This document shows positions 18,419-28,400 of a stretch of DNA of 64,000 nucleotides, one piece after another (the first letter of the stretch is position 1; every line of letters begins with the position of its first letter). Source of the stretch: a virus; IMG/VR virus record IMGVR_UViG_3300050343_000212; one strand, written 5' to 3'. The notes beneath the pieces are model-generated. The model saw nothing but the letters and a program-made list of their open reading frames with translations. It was not told the DNA's origin and searched no databases. The position numbers were made by a program, and so were the translations under genes.

Positions 18419-20965
18419 TTAAGGCATCCCAAAGGGGTTCTCAGAACTAAAGTCTATGATTTTATTACCCTCAGATTGGAATGTGTCGTTCTCAGCAAAT
18501 GTATCAACTAAGTCATCTTTATTGACTGCACTAATCATATATGATGCTCCAGAATCTTGACCAACAATTCTTTCACCAACAACAAAGTTACCGGTAACAA
18601 TAGAAATTTCCAAATTGTTTATTGTAGAATTCCAGTTTTTAACTCTAGCTTGAGTTCCAGATTGAGAACCAACTACAATCTCATTGAATGTGAATGATCC
18701 AGATCCACTATTAGTATTTCCAATACCACCAATCACAACCTCTGGTGTGAGAACATATTGTGATCCACTATTGATAATGTACACTGACTCTACTGTACTC
18801 GAAGCACCAACGATGGAACCAGCTGTTGCTGTAGTTACACCAAGAACTTGATCAACATAATTTTTCTCACCAGTGTCATTAGTGATGGTGATTGTTGGCG
18901 GGAGTAGGTATCCACCACCACCATAAGTTACATCAATACCAGTAACAATACCACAGTTCTGAATACCAACTTCAACGATAGCTGTTCTGATTCCAGTGTT
19001 AGTGGTTGTTTTACTAATTGTCAGAGTGGAAACTCCGATACCAGTTACAAATGTGATATCTGGGAATACTTGAATATTTGGATTGTAGTACTCACTATAT
19101 CCAGTTCCTATTCTGATTCTATCCCCAACAACCATATTTGTGGTATTAATATTAGTAATTGTTGTAGTAGAAATACCAATAGTACCAGTTGTTTTGATTG
19201 AGTCAAATCTGATTGTAGAAATACCAGTTGCTGTGAACTGTGTGGTTACACCAGTTGGTGCAGTAATAGAAACGTTAGGAGTGGATTGATAACCAAATCC
19301 ACTATTACCAATGGAGAGTGATGTGACTGTACCAGCGATGGATATTGTAGCTGTTGCTGTAGCTTGAACTGGTGAGGGATTACCACTAAAACTAATATTA
19401 GGTACAACAGTATAACCAGCACCAACAGTTGCTGATGTTCCAACTGCCCATGGGTCTACTGGATTGAAGGAAATTGCAGTAACAATACCTGTTATTGGGT
19501 GAATCGTAGCGATACCAACAGCTTGTACTATTGGTGCATCCATGTAACCAGAAGTGGTGATAGCAACAGTTGGTGCTGTCGTGTATGATCTTCCTGTAGT
19601 TGTAAATGCAACTGAACCTGAATCAATAGAAGAACCAGCGATACCTATTGAAGCTGAAACAAATGAGAACCCAGGATGATTAATTGTTACTGTTGGAGGT
19701 GAAGTATAGAACTTACCTTCTGTAGTTATTGCAAGACTTTGTACCGTTCCTCCATATAGACCGAAGTCGTCAATGGTAGCGGAACCAAGAGCCCCGCTTC
19801 CAGTTCCAGTTGGGGGATCAAACGTGACAGTTGGAGCCGTCTTATAATAGACACCACCAGTTGTTCCATATGGGAACAGATAAGACGAAGATCCAATACT
19901 GATAGGTGCAGATATGACACTCACACCAGCTCCCACTTGTGACGGAGTATCTAAAATCGATGTGGCAGCTGCTCCTACATGTTTTGGTGTGGAGATACCA
20001 ACTGATGGAAGATCAATGTAACCACTACCACCAAGTGTTACTGTGACAAACTGAACAGAACCTGTTGTGCTGATGCCTGATGTAGCTGCCGCACCCACGC
20101 CGGTTTCTCCATTTGGTGTTGTTAATGTGATCCAAGGTGCAACAGTGTATCCACATCCAGAATTAGTGATATAAATGCTAGAAACTTTTCCAACTGGTGT
20201 ACCATTACAACCAATAAATTCATTAGTAATAGTTGCAATGCCAGTAGCGGTCACCCCACCAGATGGAGCAGAACTAAATGCCACAACAGGTGCAATACTA
20301 TAATTGTTACCCATATCAATAATGGAGATGTCATTTACAGATCCACCACTACAGAGAGTAGCTGTTGCCAAAGCAGTAGACGCGACACCGATAACAGTAA
20401 GAGTTTGAGTGTAACCAGTGTTGATATCTGTAATTTCATCATCAATATCTTCAATACCAGTATCAATAACCTCATCCTCATATCTGAAGAGTTCAAGTTT
20501 TAATTGATAGACGTAGTTCTTTTCTAATTGATAGAATGGTTGTTCATGTTCGACATATTTGATTTCAAAAAGTTTATCACCAAGTGGAAACCATACTAGA
20601 TCACCCTCTCTTGGTCTGTGTGTGACACCCTTCATACCTGGAATATCTTTCATGAAGGGTGAAATATATTCTTGATATCTTTCCTTTGAGATAACCAATG
20701 TCAAGTCATCTTTCTCTTGAATACCAAACTTAGATAAGAGTGTTCCCTGACCACCAAATCCTTCATAACTATCCACATATGCCTCAAGTGGATAAGCATT
20801 CTCAAATTTCGATTCAATAACCTCCTTGATTATCGTCTTTTCAGTTGCATATTGTCTTGGGAGGTAGTATACTTCTACCCCATACATTTTGAGCTGTTCG
20901 TTTACCAGACTCTGTATTAGACTCTGTTCGTTTTTAGAACCGTTGAGAAAATATGGATTAAGCAT
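18419..20965 (-). CDS. gp14: Neck protein gp14, expanded to 848 aa by a central repeat insert
   Basis: N-terminus LVNEQLKMYGVEVYYLPRQ, RPREGDLVWFPL, FEIKYVEHEQPFYQL; C-terminus IIDFSSENPFGMP; the middle is made of GxGY..PxVxF..P repeats. Confidence 0.93.
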   Translation of the reverse strand: MLNPYFLNGSKNEQSLIQSLVNEQLKMYGVEVYYLPRQYATEKTIIKEVIESKFENAYPLEAYVDSYEGFGGQGTLLSKFGIQEKDDLTLVISKERYQEYISPFMKDIPGMKGVTHRPREGDLVWFPLGDKLFEIKYVEHEQPFYQLEKNYVYQLKLELFRYEDEVIDTGIEDIDDEITDINTGYTQTLTVIGVASTALATATLCSGGSVNDISIIDMGNNYSIAPVVAFSSAPSGGVTATGIATITNEFIGCNGTPVGKVSSIYITNSGCGYTVAPWITLTTPNGETGVGAAATSGISTTGSVQFVTVTLGGSGYIDLPSVGISTPKHVGAAATSILDTPSQVGAGVSVISAPISIGSSSYLFPYGTTGGVYYKTAPTVTFDPPTGTGSGALGSATIDDFGLYGGTVQSLAITTEGKFYTSPPTVTINHPGFSFVSASIGIAGSSIDSGSVAFTTTGRSYTTAPTVAITTSGYMDAPIVQAVGIATIHPITGIVTAISFNPVDPWAVGTSATVGAGYTVVPNISFSGNPSPVQATATATISIAGTVTSLSIGNSGFGYQSTPNVSITAPTGVTTQFTATGISTIRFDSIKTTGTIGISTTTITNINTTNMVVGDRIRIGTGYSEYYNPNIQVFPDITFVTGIGVSTLTISKTTTNTGIRTAIVEVGIQNCGIVTGIDVTYGGGGYLLPPTITITNDTGEKNYVDQVLGVTTATAGSIVGASSTVESVYIINSGSQYVLTPEVVIGGIGNTNSGSGSFTFNEIVVGSQSGTQARVKNWNSTINNLEISIVTGNFVVGERIVGQDSGASYMISAVNKDDLVDTFAENDTFQSEGNKIIDFSSENPFGMP

Positions 20966-20970
20966 TAATC

Positions 20971-21834
20971 TTACCCGATAAGATCAAGAGGTGGAATTTC
21001 ATATGTAGACATCATCTTATCTTCGATCTTATCAAGTTCAGACTGAGCATCATCATAGATCTGTCTTCCATTGAACTCAATACCACCAGGTAGTTTGACA
21101 CCTTGGAACTTAATCAAGTTCTGACCCCACTGTTTCTTAATCAGAGATGTTAGATACTTTTTCAAAAATACATCATTAAAAACATCAGTAGCTTCGGCTG
21201 GATTCAATGCTTTCCAACAATCAATAACCAGATAATCACCAACATTTAGATCGCTATAAGCAACATCCAGATACATTCTATTTTGTCTTTGATTAAATCT
21301 AATCTGTTTATGAGTATTCAACAAGAAGTTCAATGTCTCAAGATAGGACATTGACATTGAGTAGGATAGGATATCCTGTGTTCCCCAATAGTGAACATCA
21401 TTCAGAAACATCTGATACTTCAAACTAAACATGTTCTTGGTATCCAGACCCATCAAGGCATCCCATTGGTACACTTTATTGATACCAATAACATCATTAG
21501 GTATTTGAATATAATTGCTATTCTCTTGATATGTAAATGTCGTTGGTGTTCCCGCCATATTAGCAGAAGCTGTTGTCACAGCCATACCGACATTACCCCT
21601 TCCACTAGGAGCACCAGTTGGTACAGCTTTAGCTCTATCTAAATCATCTTGAGTTATCTCATATTTCAGGTAAGTTTGAATTACCCCATCAAAATGTCTT
21701 TCTTGAAATAATTGAATTGCATCGTCCAATAGGTCGTGGACCTGCTCTTCGGCAACATTAATTTCAACTACAGGAGCACCCAACTGTCTCAGACAGTAGT
21801 CTATCAATTCTTGTCTAGAGGAGGGCTTCGCCAT
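20971..21834 (-). CDS. gp13: Neck protein gp13
   Basis: MAKPSSRQELIDYCLRQLGAPVVEINV, LIKKQWGQNLIKFQGVKLPGGIEFNGRQIY. Confidence 0.95.
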   Translation of the reverse strand: MAKPSSRQELIDYCLRQLGAPVVEINVAEEQVHDLLDDAIQLFQERHFDGVIQTYLKYEITQDDLDRAKAVPTGAPSGRGNVGMAVTTASANMAGTPTTFTYQENSNYIQIPNDVIGINKVYQWDALMGLDTKNMFSLKYQMFLNDVHYWGTQDILSYSMSMSYLETLNFLLNTHKQIRFNQRQNRMYLDVAYSDLNVGDYLVIDCWKALNPAEATDVFNDVFLKKYLTSLIKKQWGQNLIKFQGVKLPGGIEFNGRQIYDDAQSELDKIEDKMMSTYEIPPLDLIG

Positions 21835-21858
21835 TTATATACTATAACTTTTTACTAT

Positions 21859-22248
21859 TTAGATAGCTGCTGAGATCCCTGACACCACAGTGACATTACC
21901 CTCAGCTAATCTATACACAGTCGTTCCAGAACCTACAAGAATATCCCAAACGTATCTACCTGGTTTTAATTTATCAGTATTAGTTTTATTCATAGAGATC
22001 TCAAATTCACCATTAATCGAACTAGTAAATCCAACAACAAATGTACCAGCAGGAGACATACTAGATCCTATGGATACAGACTTAGCCATCTGAGATGAGG
22101 CTGTCCAACTAGTAAAGTTAAAGTTAGATTTGTCCTGATTAACAACTTTGAAAGTTGAACTAAAATCAGACCTAGTATTGATAACCAAATTGACTCCATA
22201 CGCTGAAGCATTAGAGTCAGGGTTAAAAGTAATTGTATTATTTGCCAT
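21859..22248 (-). CDS. Hypothetical structural protein with an Ig-like / BppU-N-like beta sandwich
   Basis: NLVINTRSDFSSTF...LKPGRYVWDILV...RLAEGNVTV; conserved position before gp13. Confidence 0.7.
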   Translation of the reverse strand: MANNTITFNPDSNASAYGVNLVINTRSDFSSTFKVVNQDKSNFNFTSWTASSQMAKSVSIGSSMSPAGTFVVGFTSSINGEFEISMNKTNTDKLKPGRYVWDILVGSGTTVYRLAEGNVTVVSGISAAI

Positions 22249-22441
22249 TAGTTAATACTTGTAACATACGTTTGATATCACCAATGTCTAATTCAAGTTT
22301 ATCAATCCTCTCCTTTTCGGAGAGGAGTTTCTTTCGATTGTTCATATAGGTTTGATAGTCATTAGATCTATTGTTGATAATAGCTCCTGTTTCAGAATCA
22401 CGATATAGACCCGGATGGCCTTCAACTGGAATATGTGTCAT
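22238..22441 (-). CDS. Conserved cyanophage hypothetical protein, 67 aa
   Basis: HIPVEGHPGLYRDSETGAIIN motif followed by a short coiled coil; coupled to both neighbours. Confidence 0.8.
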   Translation of the reverse strand: MTHIPVEGHPGLYRDSETGAIINNRSNDYQTYMNNRKKLLSEKERIDKLELDIGDIKRMLQVLTNGK

Positions 22442-25400
22442 GCTAATCCAAGGGTTCTAAAGTTCCTAATCATTGGTGGACTTGCTTGATTGGTTGATGT
22501 ACCAATCAGTTTAATTCTAAATGAACCAAATGCTGGTAGATTATCTATGGAGAATTTGTACTCTCTATACATGCTGATACTAGGATCTTGATTCAATGAA
22601 TCACTCTTCGTGATTGGTTGATCGGGAGCTCCGTTACTACTATTAAAGTTGATAACAGATCCATTGGATGCGAAGTTGTTGGAACCAGGGAATGGTGTGA
22701 AGATTACATCTTTAGCTGGTCCTTCCTGATCGATAGCAAAGAATACTCTGATGTCAGAATCTTTAGTCAAGAATGCGTCAAGGTAAACTTGAATAGAAGT
22801 TCCTGGGTTTGCAAGAATGACTGGTTTTGTCACGTACATAAACTTATTAGGATCTGTAAGAACACTGTCAACTCTAGGATCGTTAGCGTAATCAGATACT
22901 GGTTCATTTACTCTGTTTGAGATTAGAGTTACAGACATTTGATCAACATCAACTGCTGGTGAAATCCTACTATCAGAGGAATTTAGGTCAAGACTAATAG
23001 ACATTGACTTATTACCAGGAAGATCATCAAGGAACAGATTTTCATTAGTTGGCGAAGCCATCATTCTCTGAGTATCAAAGTAGTTGACCTGACCAAGAGC
23101 GATCTTTTCAAATCCTTGATCAACGAATGGTCCTTCATTACCAGAGATACTGGTAGCCGAGATTGTTCTCATTGATGGATCAATACTAGTTCCGGTTGGA
23201 GTGATAGTTTCAATCTTAGGAATTGCCTGTGAGAATGGGATATTGTAAGAACCCATTGCTTTGTTACCACCACCAGAATCAGAAGTGTCGAAGTACAATT
23301 TAGGATAAATTGAACCAGTTCTGTCTAGACCATTCTGTGACATATCGATCTTAACTTTATAGAAGTCAGTATCGAATGCATTAGGTTCTGTGACTGCGTT
23401 CATCAGATGATCCTTATTAATTCTTCTCAGAGATACGCCATGGAACTCATATTTCTGAACAATCTCATCAACACCATGATCAATGATGTTTGTATCATCA
23501 ATACCTCTAGTAATACCAGTCAATTCATTACCAGACATGCCAGTATACTTAATGATCTCATCATTCATCAAGATATAACCAGGATTGGTAATTCCAATTC
23601 CAAGATGTTCAAATATACCAAAGTTCGATGTATTTGCAATCGCGATGGATGTTGTAGAGTCAGATTTGTACTCTGTAGTAAGAGTTGTATGTGAAATGTT
23701 AGAACTAATATCCTTCAGAGATACGACGTTTGTATTGGAATACATTCCATGATTTCTCTGGTCAATTCTGAGATGATCACCATTAGTCACTACACGAATT
23801 GGTGCCTCAGGAACCATACCACTTGGATTTGCGTCGTAGTTAAAGGTGGTGGTTACACCTGCGGAATTGGTGTAATCAAGAATTTGACCAACAGTTGTTC
23901 CAAATTCACCTTGGACATCATTGAGTGTTAGTTCATTGTTGCCATGAATTGTTGAGATAGAAACCTTAATACCATCACCGAGACCTGTACCAATTGTTAA
24001 TGGTGCCAAGATATCACCGACCTGATACCCAAAACCACCAGAATTAATACTAGCTCCGACTGCCACACCATTAGTGATTGTCAAATCTGCTGTGGCATTG
24101 ATACCATCACCAGAGAGTGATGTCATAGCAACACCGGTATATTTGAGAGTACCAGAACTTGGGGTATATCCAATACCAGAGTTCACGATACTTAGATTCA
24201 TCTGTGAAGCAGAACCACCGTATCCTACAAATCTACCTGTAGCCCCAGTAATTCTCTGTGTGACCAGATTACCTGGTTTAAGATCAGATTCTGTAGTTGT
24301 AGTTCCAAATCCGACTTTGATGGTCCTAGAACTCGATACAACACCGTTATGGGGAATGATTCTATCATTGTCATCCAGTGATGGGTTGAAGAGTTGAATA
24401 TTACCATTTGGTTGGAACTCAGCTCTGTAAAGTTCAAATGTGAGGTCTTCATATTGAGATGGTGTCCAAGTAGAAGCATTCTGTGACTTGAACAATGAAC
24501 CCAGAAGTCTCTGAGTCGTAACCAGAATCTGATCAGTCTCTGATCCAAGAGTTTGAACGTCAACCTCACCAAGTCTAGATATCCAAACTCTATACTCAGT
24601 GGAATTGGAGAGAATGATGATAGCATATTCTCTCTGACCATTCAGATATACAGGAGATTCAAAAGTGAACTTAGTTACAATACTACAATCATTTGAAACT
24701 TCAATTTCGTCTGGTGTTTTCTGAACTTCAGAGAATGGAATAATTTTCTGAGAAGGAGTACCCAGTTCAACTTCACGAATTTGAACAGTAACAGGTTCTG
24801 AAAACTCTGTTGGTTTTTCTTGGAAGTATAGATCTAAAGATGTTACAAAGATACCTGTTTCATCATCAACAATGAATGATTGTGCAAGGGGATCTTTATA
24901 CTCACCAGTCAATCTGGAAGAAGTTCCAGTGGTTACTGTTGAAGTATCAGAACCTGAACCTTCAACTGTACTTCTAGTCTCAACGAAATTATCATTATGT
25001 TCAACTCTAGCGTTTCTCAATGAGAGTGTAACTTCTTGTGTATCATCTATATCACCCTGTGAATAGAAGTTATCCTCAGCGGAAGTAGAAACCAGACCTT
25101 CAACTCTACTATTAGTTGAACTTGAGGTGATTCTGAATCTATTGTTACCAGTCTCAAATCTAGGAGATGTCGAATCTTCATTTCCTGGAACTCTAAAGGA
25201 ACCAATCAATGTACCGACACGATCACTAACCAATCTTACGTCAGTAACAGTAGCTCTAGCTCCACTATTGACACCAAGAAGAACCATTCCCTTTGCGATA
25301 TACCCTTGATATTCTGGGTTAGTTTCATCAGCTAGTGATGATATATCAATGTTCAGAATAGTCGTAGACTCAGTGTATGAGGTTGGTAGTCTGTTTTCTC

Positions 25401-28400
25401 TATCATATGGATTTCTGTCGTACTTGGTAGATGGTCTATTATATGGACCATACTTATGTGTTGGGTCAGCGACTCTAGCTACAATAGCTGCGATTGATGC
25501 TGTTGGGGATGCACCTTCAAAATTTGTATTTGTATCATCAACAGACTGTTCTGAGAGTGAAGATGGCATCAAACCACCGATGGCCTCACCAACTACGAAT
25601 GTACCCGATGTCATAGTAACTTCGACCAATTTAGGCATCACATACTTGTTGACATCTACATTGTCAAAGAATGAGTACATTTGTGTAAATGGTTTCAGAC
25701 TCTTAGATGTAAACTGAATGTTGCGAGATCTCATGAAGTGAATAACTTCACGATTTACAATTCTATCACCGAGAGATTCAGTATCAATTTGTTCAGTTAC
25801 ACTGGTCTGAGTACCTCTTCTCTGTTGGTTGAGTTGAACACCAACTGTGAGGTCTGTTGTGACATTAGTATCAACATGCTCTTCAGTAACTTTAAAACTG
25901 GAGGGAACATCAGGGTGGGTCTCACGGGTACCAACACCAAACACAGTACCAAACTCGTGTCTAGTGCCCTGTCTTTCAGAAGTATATGGCTTACTTTTAG
26001 ATGCCCTCTGACTTAGATCTACACTAACGTTTACTCCAGTTGTTTCCCAGGCTTTCCAGATAACAGGAGAAATACCAGATCTCTTACCATCAGAATTTGT
26101 CGTAACTTCAGCTCTCATAGCCTCAGCGACACCCCTGAAGGATCCTTCCTGAAGAACATCCTTAACGTCAAGTTCATTCACCTCAATCCAAACATCTACA
26201 CTTGGTTCAAATGAGATTGTACCATTCCAGAACTGAACAAGAAAAGGAGTAACACTTTCAGAACGAGTAGCAAATGGTTGTTTTAACCATGACTCTTCTG
26301 AATAATCAAGAGTGATTATCTGACCTGTTCTCTTGGTGTTCTCACCCAGAATATTGGCAAATTTAGAGTCTTCATTTGAGTTTGTGCCAGTACCAATTCC
26401 AGACATAGTGTCGTTACCGACCATGAGAGTCTTATTGGTAGTGTAGTGAGAGGGTCTCAAAATACCTTCAGACCTATCAATAGAGTTCTTAGCACCAATA
26501 CTGAGGTCTTGATTCCGAATATCACGGAAGTTATCAACAAAGATACCAGATCTGAATCTATTCAGACCATTGGCGTCTGGGATGAATTGATTCATCGTTG
26601 TAGACTCAAGTTGATTCAAAGAAGTATAATATTCAAGATTCTTGATTCTCTGTTCCAACTTGGAGATATCAGTCATTTGATATCTCTTATGTTGAATAAA
26701 TGCTGTTTCTACATTCTGTACACTGTGAGTGTATGCTGGGATATACAAATTGGAAATGTTCATCGATCCAGTAATACCCATAGGTAAAACAGGATTATCA
26801 GATGGAGAACCCTGTTTTACTTGGAAAATACCATCCTTATCAAGATAAACTCTATCAATTCTTCCCAGATAATAATCAAAACCAATAGTTGTAGATTCAT
26901 CTGAAGCCAGAATATTTCTAGAACTATGTTGACCACCATTAAACGATCTACCAAAGAACTCAAATGGTGATCTAGAACTAGATGTTGGTGTATATGGTGA
27001 AACTCTAGGTCTTGCATCAATTAGATCAGTAAGTCTGAATCCAGCAAACGTTGCGATATCTGTAGAATAATTAAACCCGTTGTATGAGTTGCAAATAGTA
27101 ATGTCACCAGTATCTGCTGAATCGTACTCAGCACTCATGAAGTAAACTTTAATCTTATTGGTTGGAATTGAAGCTCCCTCTCTTCTCTGAATTCTACTAA
27201 AATCATAAATTGTTTTTCTTTGTCCAGACTTAGAATCAAATGATGAAGTAATATTTTTACTTCCCATTGAAATCTTTGTAGCTACAGCACTTACACCAGA
27301 ATCTTGGAAGTTGATGACTTCTCCAGGTTCAAATGGTGTTTGATTCTCAAAGATGAACTCAATATTAGTATCAGTAAGTCTAGTAATATAAAGACCTCTA
27401 GCTCCACTAATAGAACCAATAACTTCCTCACCAACAATAATGTCATTTGTGGTATTTGTTGGGCCATCCATTGAACCCAAAACCATTGATGGTGCAACTG
27501 GATCATTGGATCCTTCTCCTTGGAATATGCCATATACCATATTAACATCAGGTACATTCAGACAAATATTTCTATCCTGAACTCTTGTTCCATATGGGAA
27601 CGAACCATAAGTAAGACCATCATTTAATGTTGTTGCACCTATACCAGAACCACTATTACTAGACTTATCAATAATTACAGTTGAGGAGACCTTCTTGATC
27701 TTAACTTTAGGTGTAACATTTGTTTTACGAAGTGTGCAGATGAGTTTAGCTGGTCCATCATTATCCAGACCACTTATTGTGATCTGATTACTACCAGCTG
27801 CAAATGTAAATCTGTCAGAAGAAAGAATTTGTATTTGACCGGCGTCACTAATCAAACTATATCTTTCTTCATCATATGGCAAGAACACTTCACCAGGATC
27901 AGAGTTAATACTACCAGTTGAATTATCGGCTATGACTACATCAAACTGTTTTCTGATAATCAATGTGGAATCAGTTAGATCTACGTTTGAGATAAACTTT
28001 TTAGGAAGTGCCGAGAACAAGGAATTGTTATCAGCAATATTACCACTAGATTTTGAATGCAGTTGAGTTCTTGACTCAATGACCTCCAGATCAGTTACAC
28101 TCAGATCTTCAGAAGGAAGACGACCATCAACAAAACCTGTGACCGTCTGAACACCAACGATCTCAAAAGAATTGGTGGAAACATTAGTAACTCTACCAAA
28201 TGACTGTACGTTGAGACCAGAATTAGAATATTTGATCAAATTTCCAGTTGTTACAATTCCAGGGAAAGGACCACCTGGACCACTAATTGTTGCAATACCT
28301 AGAGGACTTCCATCATAATGACCAGTAGAAATTGAAGCAATACCAATTACACCAGCTGTCTGAGGTATCAAATCAGCTGTAAATGTTCCAGCAGATCCAA

